Below, in pieces: positions 7,196 through 16,243 of a DNA stretch of 64,000 nucleotides; position 1 is the stretch's first letter; each line of letters starts with the position of its first letter. The notes beneath the pieces were generated by a model. That model saw only the letters and a program-made list of their open reading frames with translations, made no database searches and had not been told where the DNA came from. A program made the translations under genes and the position numbers. Origin of the DNA: Pseudomonadales bacterium (GTDB taxonomy: Bacteria; Pseudomonadota; Gammaproteobacteria; Pseudomonadales; UBA7239); assembly GCA_046347205.1 (NCBI GenBank), contig JAXMGN010000002.1, positions 670,224 through 734,223 on the forward strand. The letters are read 5' to 3'.

Positions 7196-8971
7196 TTATA
7201 GGCTGATCTTTAGCTTGTAGAAGGAATGCCACTTGCGGCTACCATTAGGCCTTAATCTGGTGGCCAACCTGTTATCGCTGTTTGTACTCAGCATCCCTAT
7301 TAAATTTAATGTTTTGTAGAACGACGTTTTGCTCGTTGGAAGCCCTACCTCTTGAAGCCAATCAAGTCCAAAGAGTTCACTTGGCTTAAAATTAGCTTCC
7401 AGCAGTATTGTTCCGTCTTCTGCACTGACAATGCCCGCGCACTTCTTACGTCTAGACTTGGATTTATTCTTACATTTTTCAAAGTATGTCTTTTCATCAA
7501 CATCAAAAGACAGCCGATTCAGTTCAACAAGACACCTAACCCTGTTTGCTATTAAATTTTTGAAAGAATGCCCCTGTGCGATACCATCCTGCATGGATGC
7601 TAGTGTCACCATATAATCCAATGCGCTATGACGGATGGCACTACTTCCAGTCTCATCTATACACTTTTTCTTTATAAGATAATCCATATATACATGAAGC
7701 GAAAACAGAAGGACAGCATATTGCTCTGCCGTTCGGTTGTGTTGATCATCGCTTAACTTTTCAGATATAGAATTGCAATACTCGTCATAATTGCCAATCC
7801 ATAACTTCTCGATACTTTCGATATTTCTAATAATGTACGCAACAAACAGTCGCATTGACTTAGCTAGATCCCCACTCTTAGCCAGCACACGAAATGGCGA
7901 TATATCACTTTTCTTAATTCCTGTAGAGTCACAAAATATTACTCTTTTCAACAAAGATTCTTGCACAACCTCTGGCGGATGCTCACCTGTTACTACCAAT
8001 ACAGGGTAATAATCCTGCGGGCTTGTACCGACAACATCTCTGATATTCGTGTTTGCAATTCCTCGAATAACCTTCGCGGCAATATCATTGTTAGTTTTCA
8101 AATTTCGCTTGTCTTTATCATACACAAAGTCATCTAATACAATTAGCGTGCCGCTAACAGACCTTATGGATTTTAAAATAGAAGCCAGACTTGATTCCCA
8201 ACTCAAGAACGCGTTTTTTCTGTGCCGCTTCTGACCATAGCAAGCCTGCATTACTCGAGCTGTTTCGCTCTTGAATGTACCAGAGGGGCCAACAAGGTAT
8301 AGCGTTGCATAAGGTAAGTCTTGAATCACAGTAAGAGCCGATCTAAGTATATAAAGCAAGACCGTAAAACCCCACATCTGATTCTCTTTCCCACCAACAT
8401 CCAATAGCCTTAATAGTGTTGGCACATAATATTTCTTGGTATTTTTATCTCCTATCTTAGCTCCAAAATCGTATCCTTTTCGAAATCCATCGAAAATCCC
8501 TTTTGATGATGCCGAAATATCTTTCCCCCCTATTGCCCCACTTTCATGAATAAATGCCACCTGCTGGCCAACTTTTGCATATCCGGGATTCTTGTAAACT
8601 GTGACCCTATTTGATGGATCAACAGTGTTCTTCAAATAGTCCATCACCAATTTTTTTTCGTGTGGGCTTTCATAATAAATTTCAGCTCTTGTTCCAAAAG
8701 CTGCAAAAGCCCAGTCTAACTTTTTATAATCCTTGGCAGCTATTTCAGGCTGCCCTATAAACTGGCCATACTCATCAAGAATTTCAATAGCAAAGTATGT
8801 TTCAATCTCTTTTTCAGCGTCTACAATTGATCTTTCCTCAGCAATCCTAGGAAAAAAATTCGTTAGCCTCTTATTAGTAACGCCATTCTTACTGTCTCCG
8901 AACAAGTAAAGCCCATCCGGACCCTTGCTAACATATAACGACTCTTTTTTCACATTTGTAACCATGCTCAT
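7196..8971 (-). CDS. DUF927-type P-loop NTPase, putative mobile-element replicative helicase
   Basis: Walker A is LVGPSGTFKSE and Walker B is TLIVLDDF. The block SWESSLASILKSIRSVSGTLIVLDDF and the N-terminal region match the layout of DUF927 helicase-like proteins found in islands and plasmids. Confidence 0.6.
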   Translation of the reverse strand: MSMVTNVKKESLYVSKGPDGLYLFGDSKNGVTNKRLTNFFPRIAEERSIVDAEKEIETYFAIEILDEYGQFIGQPEIAAKDYKKLDWAFAAFGTRAEIYYESPHEKKLVMDYLKNTVDPSNRVTVYKNPGYAKVGQQVAFIHESGAIGGKDISASSKGIFDGFRKGYDFGAKIGDKNTKKYYVPTLLRLLDVGGKENQMWGFTVLLYILRSALTVIQDLPYATLYLVGPSGTFKSETARVMQACYGQKRHRKNAFLSWESSLASILKSIRSVSGTLIVLDDFVYDKDKRNLKTNNDIAAKVIRGIANTNIRDVVGTSPQDYYPVLVVTGEHPPEVVQESLLKRVIFCDSTGIKKSDISPFRVLAKSGDLAKSMRLFVAYIIRNIESIEKLWIGNYDEYCNSISEKLSDDQHNRTAEQYAVLLFSLHVYMDYLIKKKCIDETGSSAIRHSALDYMVTLASMQDGIAQGHSFKNLIANRVRCLVELNRLSFDVDEKTYFEKCKNKSKSRRKKCAGIVSAEDGTILLEANFKPSELFGLDWLQEVGLPTSKTSFYKTLNLIGMLSTNSDNRLATRLRPNGSRKWHSFYKLKISL

Positions 8972-9179
8972 CTCCCATACGCCAGTTCTATACCAGCCTG
9001 CTGATTAAGGTTGAGGGGGGGCAATACTTAGCCCCTCAAGCGCCACCTTAGCCACCTTGATTCAGCAACTCCCCAATTGTTAAAAATTGAAATAAATTCT
9101 CATTTTTAGCAATTGATGCCAGCCATAAACTGAATTGCAAGAATCCCAACAGCGATATATTGGCTTGGGGTTTTCATAC

Positions 9180-9554
9180 ATGGGCTCATCTCAACAACTA
9201 GCATTCTTACCTCGGGTTATCCGAGTTAAAGATGCCCATCGCTATCTAGGCATGGATAAGACGACATTTGCGCGTGAAATCCGTCCCTACCTGACATTGA
9301 TTAAGATTACGAATAAAAGCCGCGGATTTGAGCGAGTTGATATTGATCACGCATTTGATGTATACATATGTGGTCGATGCTGTCCGCCGAAAAAGCCTCT
9401 GCCAATCGGAGACAACATATGCGAAAGCAAACAGGTATCAACTTTGACACCTCAAGTAACTGCTGGATCATCGACAAAAAAGTTAAAGGAAAACGCATTC
9501 GCGAACGCACTCAGTACAGCAAAGAGCAGCGCGAAGAAGCGGAACGCCGACTAA
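9180..9554 (+). CDS. excisionase/AlpA-like helix-turn-helix protein (C-terminus overlaps int)
   Basis: The segment VIRVKDAHRYLGMDKTTFAREIRPYLTLIKITNKSRGFERVDIDHAF fits the HTH_17/excisionase pattern. The ORF runs 136 nt into the integrase gene in another frame, so its true 3' end is uncertain. Confidence 0.45.
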   Translation: MGSSQQLAFLPRVIRVKDAHRYLGMDKTTFAREIRPYLTLIKITNKSRGFERVDIDHAFDVYICGRCCPPKKPLPIGDNICESKQVSTLTPQVTAGSSTKKLKENAFANALSTAKSSAKKRNAD

Positions 9555-10540
9555 CCTTTCTGTCACAGCAAGTGTACGAACAGGAAACCTATGGACTTAG
9601 ATCCAAACATACCTTTAGAGAAGCAGCAGTGAAATACTGCGTTGAAAATAAACACCTGCGGACTATTGCGTGGATCGAAGAACATTTAGGAAGACTGGAT
9701 CCGTACCTTGGGGATTACGAACTCAGCCAGATACACCGTGATTGCCTTGGACTGCAAAAACTGGTGAATGACCTACGTGCGGCAAACCGGAAACGGAAAA
9801 CCATCAACAGTTATCTGGAACTGGTGCGCCGGATATTAAATAAAGCTGCCTATGAGTGGCGTGACGAGAAGAACTTGAGTTGGCTTGAAAAGGCACCGCG
9901 AATACGCTTACTGGATACCAGCGATTCTCGCGCGCCACAGCCTATCAGCTGGGAGGATCAGCGAAGGTTACTGCCTGCCCTCGCCAACCATTTGGCAGAC
10001 ATTGCCCTGTTCATTATCAATACGGGGGCACGATCTGAAGAAGTACGGTTGCTACAGTGGGAATGGGAAGTAAAAGTGCCGCAAGGCGTGGCCTTCATCA
10101 TTCCAGACTCGGTGGTGAAGGGAAACACAGTTGGTGAAAGGATGCTGGTGTGCAATGAAGTGGCCACTTCTGTGGTCAACCATCAACGCGGCAAGCATGC
10201 TCAACACGTGTTTACTTTCACACCCAGAGGTGAAGGCTCGGAACCACGCCCTATCAGCTACCTGAATAACAGCGGGTGGCGGACAGGCTGTGAAAGAGCT
10301 GGATTACCAAGGCTGCATATCCACGATTTGCGACACACATTTGGCTATCGCTTACGGCAAGCTGGTGTGGACAAACAAACGCGTGGTGAGCTACTGGGAC
10401 ATGCTGCAAGTGACATGACGGAGCACTATTCCATGGCTGATCTGAAGCACTTGTTTCAGCAGGTTAACCTGATCACAGTGCCAATTCAGGCTGACGCTGT
10501 GGTGACGTTGAAACGCAGAAAGATGGCTTTGGTAGGATGA
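9419..10540 (+). CDS. int: tyrosine-type site-specific integrase
   Basis: Catalytic C-terminal motifs are present: HIHDLRHTFGYRLRQAG ... LLGHAASDMTEHY (R-H-R-Y family). The N-terminal arm-type domain reads GINFDTSSNCWIIDKKVKGKRIR. The gene lies adjacent to a tRNA gene. Confidence 0.9.
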   Translation: MRKQTGINFDTSSNCWIIDKKVKGKRIRERTQYSKEQREEAERRLTFLSQQVYEQETYGLRSKHTFREAAVKYCVENKHLRTIAWIEEHLGRLDPYLGDYELSQIHRDCLGLQKLVNDLRAANRKRKTINSYLELVRRILNKAAYEWRDEKNLSWLEKAPRIRLLDTSDSRAPQPISWEDQRRLLPALANHLADIALFIINTGARSEEVRLLQWEWEVKVPQGVAFIIPDSVVKGNTVGERMLVCNEVATSVVNHQRGKHAQHVFTFTPRGEGSEPRPISYLNNSGWRTGCERAGLPRLHIHDLRHTFGYRLRQAGVDKQTRGELLGHAASDMTEHYSMADLKHLFQQVNLITVPIQADAVVTLKRRKMALVG

Positions 10541-10589
10541 CTGCAGTGACTACTTGGAAAAATGTCACCCAATTCTCCCACAGGTCAGA

Positions 10590-10621
10590 AACAAAAAAGG
10601 CCTACATTTCTGTAAGCCTTT
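10590..10621 (-). terminator. rho-independent terminator downstream of tRNA-Lys (can also serve int on the plus strand)
   Basis: The minus strand reads AAAGGCTTACA-GAAA-TGTAGGCCTTT followed by TTTTTT. This is an 11-bp stem with one G-U pair and a GAAA loop. Confidence 0.5.
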
Positions 10622-10629
10622 GATTTATA

Positions 10630-10705
10630 TGGTGGGTCGTGATGGATTCGAACCATCGACCAATTGGTTAAAAGCCAACTGCTCTACCGACTGAGCTAAC
10701 GACCC
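10630..10705 (-). tRNA. tRNA-Lys (anticodon UUU)
   Basis: The reverse complement GGGTCGTTAGCTCAGTCGGTAGAGCAGTTGGCTTTTAACCAATTGGTCGATGGTTCGAATCCATCACGACCCACCA folds as a cloverleaf with a CTTTTAA anticodon loop. It is nearly identical to E. coli tRNA-Lys as I recall it, and CCA is encoded. Confidence 0.95.
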
Positions 10706-10755
10706 TCGAAAGAGGCGCTCATCTTAATGTCTGACGACAAAAAAACAAGCCTTTT

Positions 10756-11466
10756 TTACTGTAATTTCTGTGATTGATAGCGCGTGGGATCACTGATTCC
10801 CGCCTGCTGAAATCCCTCGCGCCGCAAACGGCAACTGTCACAAACCCCGCATGCGGCTCCCGCTATGTCTGCCTGGTAACAGGACACCGTCTGCGCGTAA
10901 TCCACACCGAGCGCAGTGCCCTGCTGAATAATCGCCGCCTTGGTCAGTTGCAGCAGCGGCGCATGAATGGTGATGGTGCGCCCCTCTACACCGGCCTTGG
11001 TAGCGAGGTTGGCCATCGCCTGAAATGCTTCGATATAGGCAGGGCGGCAATCGGGATAGCCGGAGTAATCCACCGCATTCACGCCGATAAAAATATCACG
11101 CGCATCCAGCACTTCCGCCCAACCCAAGGCAATCGACAGGAACACTGTATTGCGCGCCGGCACATAGGTCACCGGTATGCCGTCACTGGCATCCGTGGGC
11201 ACAGCAATACTGCTATCGGTCAGCGCGGAGCCACCGATGGTGGAGAGATCCAGCGTCACCACTTTGTGTGCCTCCGCCCCACTCGCGCGCGACACCGCTT
11301 CCGCCGCCGCCAACTCCGAACGGTGACGCTGCCCGTAATCAAACGCCAAGGTGTAACAGCTGTAGCCCTGCGCGCTTGCCAGTGCCAGTACCGTAGCGGA
11401 ATCCAAACCGCCTGATACCAACACCACGGCTTTTTTATGAGGTGTTGGATCAGCGCCCACGCTCAT
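10756..11466 (-). CDS. queC: 7-cyano-7-deazaguanine synthase
   Basis: PP-loop [10 protein letters not shown] and C-terminal zinc Cys cluster [10 protein letters not shown]. Confidence 0.9.
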   Translation of the reverse strand: MSVGADPTPHKKAVVLVSGGLDSATVLALASAQGYSCYTLAFDYGQRHRSELAAAEAVSRASGAEAHKVVTLDLSTIGGSALTDSSIAVPTDASDGIPVTYVPARNTVFLSIALGWAEVLDARDIFIGVNAVDYSGYPDCRPAYIEAFQAMANLATKAGVEGRTITIHAPLLQLTKAAIIQQGTALGVDYAQTVSCYQADIAGAACGVCDSCRLRREGFQQAGISDPTRYQSQKLQ

Positions 11467-12106
11467 CCCCCCAAATAATTTTGTGCAATTGCAATTGCAT
11501 GCGCACAGGCAAGTTATCTGCCACGATCCAATCGGCTAACTCACGTTCATTCAGCTGACCAAACGATGGCGAAAACAACACATCACCCACTTTTTCATGC
11601 AACTGGTACTGATCGATTTGCATCCTCGCCCATTCGTAATCGGCGCGATCACACAACACAAATTTAATTTGATCGTGACGATTTAACTGCGCAATATTTT
11701 CGTAGCGATTGCGCGCCAGCTCACCGGAAGCGGGCGTTTTCAAATCCACCACACGCGACACGCGCACATCCACGTCATCAACAGGCATAGCGCCGCCCGT
11801 CTCCAGCGACACGTCGTAACCCACATCACACAACTGTTTTAGCAGCGCATGCACATTGGGCTGCGCCAGTGGCTCACCACCCGTCACGGTGATATAGCGC
11901 GGCTTGTATGCCGCCACGGCTTGTGCAACGGCATCCACCGTCATCAACTGCCCGCCTTCAAACGCGTAGGCCGTGTCGCAGTACACACAGCGCAACGGAC
12001 AGCCCGTCAAACGTACAAATACCGTCGGCAAACCCACCGTGCGCGCTTCGCCTTGCAGCGAGTAAAAAATCTCACTGATGCGCAATGTTTTATCAGCAGT
12101 AGTCAC
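11450..12106 (-). CDS. queE: 7-carboxy-7-deazaguanine synthase (radical SAM)
   Basis: [16 protein letters not shown]-terminus and radical-SAM cluster motif [10 protein letters not shown]. Adjacent to queC. Confidence 0.9.
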   Translation of the reverse strand: MTTADKTLRISEIFYSLQGEARTVGLPTVFVRLTGCPLRCVYCDTAYAFEGGQLMTVDAVAQAVAAYKPRYITVTGGEPLAQPNVHALLKQLCDVGYDVSLETGGAMPVDDVDVRVSRVVDLKTPASGELARNRYENIAQLNRHDQIKFVLCDRADYEWARMQIDQYQLHEKVGDVLFSPSFGQLNERELADWIVADNLPVRMQLQLHKIIWGDERGR

Positions 12107-12111
12107 AGCGC

Positions 12112-12906
12112 TTACATGGATTCGAGATAACTTTTCGCCAACGGCGCTGATTTAGAGTTACCGGCCGCTACTTCTTTCAATAAGCGGCGTGCTTGCTCTG
12201 TTTTTCCCTGTTGATTATAAATTTTCCCTAAATTGTATTTCGCATCATCCGCTTTGCTGTGCGTAGGAAACCTTTCAACCAGAGAAGAAAAGGCTTTGGC
12301 CGAACCGTCCATATCGCCTTGGGTTTGATACACAAATCCCAACCAAAACAGTGAACTGCCCGCGTAATTGCTGTTGGGGTATTGATTGACGACCCCTTGA
12401 AAAGCAGCGCTCGCCTTGTCGTATTCTTTTTCTTTCAGCAAATTGTAGGCGGCATCGTATTCTTCTCTACCATCATTATTTGCTGTAGCGGAAGTACCCG
12501 CCGCCGCTGTCATACTGCTGTTGCCACTGTTGGCGGTGGCGCTTGCGCTGCCTGATGAACGCTGCGCCATTTCTGCTTGCTGACGACTAAGGTTGTCAAT
12601 TGTGTGTGCCTGCTCTTCTAATTGACCGCGCAAATTGGCCACTTCATCGCGCAATTGTTGCACTTGCAAAAACAAACTGCCGCCGCCAGCAGTCTCCCCA
12701 GTACTCACGCTACCATTTGGCGCGGTTTGGCTCGCACCAAAAGTCTGTGCACCACTAACTGCAGCATTGTTGTAACTTTCGTTTACAGTCGCTCGCGGCT
12801 GTTGCACGCTGAGATCCACCACTTGCGCTGGCGCTGCATTTACTGCACCACCGAAAGACAGCAGACTCACAAAAAATGCTATTTTTTTTGCACTGTTCAT
12901 CAACAC
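12112..12906 (-). CDS. cpoB: cell division coordinator CpoB (YbgF)
   Basis: Signal peptide, coiled coil (LRDEVANLRGQLEEQ) and C-terminal TPR repeats. Last gene of the tol-pal cluster. Confidence 0.85.
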   Translation of the reverse strand: MLMNSAKKIAFFVSLLSFGGAVNAAPAQVVDLSVQQPRATVNESYNNAAVSGAQTFGASQTAPNGSVSTGETAGGGSLFLQVQQLRDEVANLRGQLEEQAHTIDNLSRQQAEMAQRSSGSASATANSGNSSMTAAAGTSATANNDGREEYDAAYNLLKEKEYDKASAAFQGVVNQYPNSNYAGSSLFWLGFVYQTQGDMDGSAKAFSSLVERFPTHSKADDAKYNLGKIYNQQGKTEQARRLLKEVAAGNSKSAPLAKSYLESM

Positions 12907-12937
12907 ATCTCCAATCGTTTATCGCTTATATTCAAAA

Positions 12938-12972
12938 ACAAAAAGGGCCAGCCTAATGCTGACCCTTTTTTT
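12938..12972 (-). terminator. rho-independent terminator/attenuator between pal and cpoB
   Basis: The minus strand reads GGGTCAGC-ATTAG-GCTGGCCC followed by TTTTT. Confidence 0.45.
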
Positions 12973-13027
12973 ATTGCTCCGCCGTTTTGTCAGTTGTCAC
13001 ACTGACCATCCACAAAACCGGCGTGTT

Positions 13028-13534
13028 TTATTTGACGATTTCTACACGGCGATTTTTGCTGTACGCCGACTCATCGCTACCTTGCACCGCAGGACGCTCT
13101 TCGCCAAAGCTCACCACTTCCAACTGGCTAGAGCTAACACCGCGCATAGACAGATAATCGGCTACAGATTTACCGCGACGCTCGCCCAATGCCATGTTGT
13201 ATTCACGCGTGCCGCGCTCGTCGGTATTGCCTTGCAACACCGCGTGCTGACCAGAGCTTTTCAGCAATTCACTGTACGCGTTCAACATTTCTTCAGAAGC
13301 CGGCTGAATGTTGGCACTGTCAAATTCAAAGTACACCACGTTACCGTACTGGTCAGACACAGAACCCCAATCACCACTGCCTGAACCAATGCCGCGTGTG
13401 TCCGCACCGTTCAAACCGTCTGCGCCGCTGCCGTTGGCAGAGGCATCTTTGTCATCACTGCTCTGCTGGCTGGAGCAACCAGCAACCAAAATAGCAGCGA
13501 ATACAACACCAAGAATTTTTTGTGTAACGGACAT
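13028..13534 (-). CDS. pal: peptidoglycan-associated lipoprotein Pal
   Basis: Lipobox LVAGC and an OmpA-like C-terminal domain (NTDERGTREYNMALGERR). Confidence 0.95.
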   Translation of the reverse strand: MSVTQKILGVVFAAILVAGCSSQQSSDDKDASANGSGADGLNGADTRGIGSGSGDWGSVSDQYGNVVYFEFDSANIQPASEEMLNAYSELLKSSGQHAVLQGNTDERGTREYNMALGERRGKSVADYLSMRGVSSSQLEVVSFGEERPAVQGSDESAYSKNRRVEIVK

Positions 13535-13625
13535 AAATATTTCCTTTGTAAACAGATGAAAAAGTAAGTAAAAACAACAACGGGCGCGATTATAACACTC
13601 TCAATTAGTATCGTACCCCTAAAAA

Positions 13626-14906
13626 TTAAGGGGTACGAAAAGGACCCCAAGCCGGCTCTCGCACGTCGACATTCTGCACAGGCACGATAACTTGAACCCC
13701 ACCATCCACCGATACGGTAGACAGCACTGAACGCCCGCCGCGCTTGGTGGCGTACATAATCATGCGGCCATTCGGCGCCAACGCAGGAGATTCATCGAGA
13801 CTGGTTTGCGTCAGAATTGTCACGCGGCCGGATTTTGCGTCTTGCACCGCCGTATGAAAAACCCCATCGCGGCGATGGATAAAGGAAATCAGCTTGCCGT
13901 CTTTGCTCATCCGACCGTGGGCGTTGTAATCCCCTTCGTATGTAATGCGCTCGGTCTGCCCCGAACTCAACGACACTTTATACAGTTGCGGCTTGCCACC
14001 ACGACTGGAAGTAAAAATGATACCGCTGCCATCAGCCGTCCAACTCGGCTCGGTGTCGATAGCGGGATGATTGGTGATTTGGCGCAACTGCCGACTGGCA
14101 ATATCCATCACATAAATATCGGGGTTACCGCCTTTCGATAAGCACAGCGCCAAGCTGCGGCCATCCGGTGAAAACGAAGGCGCACCGTTCAAACCAGGGA
14201 AGCTGGTCAAACGCTCACGGCGACCGGTTGCCAGCGTTTGCAAATAGATACCAGGGCGACCGCCTTCAAACGACACATACACAATTTGTTTGCCATCGGG
14301 CGACCAATCAGGCGACAGCACGGGCTCTGTGCTATTCATCAACACTTGCTCACGCGCACCGTCTTGATCTGCCATATACAGTTTTACGTTGCCCACACCA
14401 CCACCGACATACACGATGCGCGTTTGAAACACACCACGAAAACCGGTCAGCGTTTCATACACTTGGTCGCTAATGTAGTGAGCCACATCGCGTAAATTGT
14501 TTGAGCCGCCCTGAATGGTTTTGCTGAACATCACTTTCTGGCCATTGACGTCACACAAAATAAAATTGGCCGCAAAACCACCATTGCCCAGCGGCGATAA
14601 CTGCCCTGTTACCAAATACTCTGCGCCCGTCATACGCCAATCGCGGTATACCACCTCTGACTCTGTATGCGGGAAAGACAACATGCTCTGCTTGTCGATA
14701 GGCTTGAATTGCCCACTGCGGTACAAATCGCTCGACACAATTTCCGCTATTTGATCACCACTAAAACCACTGCCGCTCCACGAAAAAGGAATCACGGCAA
14801 TTGGCGTAGGATTGCGACCGCCTTTGTCGATATTGATGGTCAATCTTTGTGCGTACACCGACGTGCACACAAAGAAAAACACGAACGATAGAATAATTTT
14901 TTTCAT
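13626..14906 (-). CDS. tolB: Tol-Pal system beta-propeller protein TolB
   Basis: Signal peptide and repeated SPDG/WSPDG propeller motifs (SPDWSPDGKQIVYVS, PSFSPDGRSLA). Confidence 0.95.
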   Translation of the reverse strand: MKKIILSFVFFFVCTSVYAQRLTINIDKGGRNPTPIAVIPFSWSGSGFSGDQIAEIVSSDLYRSGQFKPIDKQSMLSFPHTESEVVYRDWRMTGAEYLVTGQLSPLGNGGFAANFILCDVNGQKVMFSKTIQGGSNNLRDVAHYISDQVYETLTGFRGVFQTRIVYVGGGVGNVKLYMADQDGAREQVLMNSTEPVLSPDWSPDGKQIVYVSFEGGRPGIYLQTLATGRRERLTSFPGLNGAPSFSPDGRSLALCLSKGGNPDIYVMDIASRQLRQITNHPAIDTEPSWTADGSGIIFTSSRGGKPQLYKVSLSSGQTERITYEGDYNAHGRMSKDGKLISFIHRRDGVFHTAVQDAKSGRVTILTQTSLDESPALAPNGRMIMYATKRGGRSVLSTVSVDGGVQVIVPVQNVDVREPAWGPFRTP

Positions 14907-14920
14907 AACAATATCGCCTC

Positions 14921-15802
14921 TTACATAAGAAGATCTTGCGGGTCAAATTTTAGATCAAAATCACGAAACGCTTTAAATTCTTCCGGTTTCATTTTTTCGA
15001 TTATATCCTTGAACGTCTCTACTTTTCTGACGGCAGCTTCTGCGGCTAAATCAAAGGCTCGGTCGCCGCTGCTCTGCACAACAGACACATCGGTAACCTG
15101 TCCATTACTCGACAACTGTATCCTCAATATCACTACCATGCCGGGCCGAGCATTGGGAGGCCTGTTCCAATTTTGCTCAATACGGTCTGCGATCAATCCC
15201 ACCCACTTACCCAATTGTTCTGCACTCAACTCGCCGGTGCGCGTGATGTCTTCGTCGTTCAGCATAGCCTGTATTGCCATATCCGCATCTTTACTAACCT
15301 TTTCTTTTTGAATCGCAGACTGCGCAGCTTTCTTTTGCGCGGCTTGCTTGGCATCCGGCTTCGGCGGCTCTACTTTTTTCTCCGGCGGTTTTTTCGGCTC
15401 TACTTTGGGCTCCGCTTTTTTCGGCTCGACTTTCTTGGGTTCTGGTTTCTTGGGCTCCGGCTTTTTCGGCTCTGGCTTCACCACCACAGGCGAAGGTTTA
15501 TCCACCGGTTTAATTTCCGGCGGTTTTTCTTTGGGTTTTACCACTTCCGGTTTTGGCGGCTCAGGCTTGGGTTTCTCTGGCTGCGGTTTGTTTTTTTCTG
15601 TTTTTTCAATTTGTGTACGTTGCTGCGGCATAGTGGATTTGGGCGCGTACACCAAAGAAGCTTTCATCATCGCCGGCGGCGCCATCGCTTTTTGCTCGGT
15701 GTGCCACAGCCAACTCACTGTCATCAATATTGCGATTAATGCGTGTAGAGCAAAGCTCACACCCAGTGGGCGAACTAAACTGTCGTCGCGCACATCAGAC
15801 AC
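14921..15802 (-). CDS. tolA: Tol-Pal system protein TolA
   Basis: N-terminal TM helix, long Pro/Lys/Glu-rich linker and a C-terminal TolA domain. Positioned between tolR and tolB. Confidence 0.9.
   Translation of the reverse strand: MSDVRDDSLVRPLGVSFALHALIAILMTVSWLWHTEQKAMAPPAMMKASLVYAPKSTMPQQRTQIEKTEKNKPQPEKPKPEPPKPEVVKPKEKPPEIKPVDKPSPVVVKPEPKKPEPKKPEPKKVEPKKAEPKVEPKKPPEKKVEPPKPDAKQAAQKKAAQSAIQKEKVSKDADMAIQAMLNDEDITRTGELSAEQLGKWVGLIADRIEQNWNRPPNARPGMVVILRIQLSSNGQVTDVSVVQSSGDRAFDLAAEAAVRKVETFKDIIEKMKPEEFKAFRDFDLKFDPQDLLM
15344..15595 (-). repeat. low-complexity tandem coding repeats (KPEPKK-type) in the TolA linker
   Basis: The translation reads ...KPEPKKPEPKKPEPKKVEPKKAEPKVEPKKPPEKK.... 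This stretch also generates long spurious ORFs on the opposite strand. Confidence 0.7.
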
Positions 15803-15811
15803 AAACAGGCC

Positions 15812-16243
15812 TCACTTTTTCGCAGGCGCTGATGGCGGCTCTGTCACCAGCCCCACGTTATCCACGCCAACCGCTTGCAACGCGCCCATGACTTCCACCA
15901 CGGTACCGTAATCCACCCGCGCATCCCCCCACACCAATACGGGCGTTTTGGGTTTATTGATGCGAACTTTTTGCACTTGTTCAGCAATCGTCGCCAATGG
16001 CTGCGCTGCTTTTTGATCTGCACCGAGATTGATATAAAACGTCTTGTCTTGTTTAACCGACACAATCAATGGCTCGTCTTGTGTGTCCATCGGCTCTGTA
16101 CTGGCCTGCGGCAACTGCACTTCCACACCTTGCATCAGCAACGGTGCTGTCACCATAAAAACAATCAACAAAACAAGGCAGACATCAATCCACGGAACAA
16201 CATTGATCTCGGCTTTTTGCTCGTGCTTTTTACGCCGTCTCAC
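15812..16243 (-). CDS. tolR: Tol-Pal system protein TolR (ExbD/TolR family)
   Basis: 143 aa with a single N-terminal TM helix (INVVPWIDVCLVLLIVFMV). Overlaps the tolQ stop. Confidence 0.9.
   Translation of the reverse strand: MRRRKKHEQKAEINVVPWIDVCLVLLIVFMVTAPLLMQGVEVQLPQASTEPMDTQDEPLIVSVKQDKTFYINLGADQKAAQPLATIAEQVQKVRINKPKTPVLVWGDARVDYGTVVEVMGALQAVGVDNVGLVTEPPSAPAKK

Larger units (their letters stand above)
1229..10629. mobile_element. tRNA-Lys-associated integrative genomic island (int, xis-like, DUF927 helicase, Rep_trans-like initiator, AbiE cargo); left border uncertain
   Basis: The integrase gene ends 90 nt from the 3' end of tRNA-Lys. The block is visibly AT-richer than the flanking core genes and carries replication, recombination and abortive-infection genes. 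No direct repeat of the tRNA 3' end was found in the window, so the left edge is placed only by the change in composition and gene content. Confidence 0.6.

Noticed and set aside
6115-8971. P-loop NTPase plus partner protein, considered as a two-gene anti-phage system
   Set aside because: The larger protein follows the DUF927 helicase layout closely and the smaller shows Rep_trans-like blocks. Together with int and xis they form a coherent replication/integration module. The defence alternative is retained only as a hypothesis to exclude experimentally.
10774-11415. 213-aa plus-strand ORF inside queC (similar antisense ORFs occur inside tolB, fabB, purM, ispB and elsewhere)
   Set aside because: These are shadow ORFs on the strand opposite clearly identifiable genes. 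They are Arg/His/Cys-rich with no motifs, as is typical of GC-rich antisense frames.
15173-15911. Two long plus-strand ORFs (187-188 aa) with striking repetitive FFG/LRL sequences
   Set aside because: They are the reverse-complement reading of the TolA KPEPKK linker repeats. The repetitiveness is explained by tolA itself.
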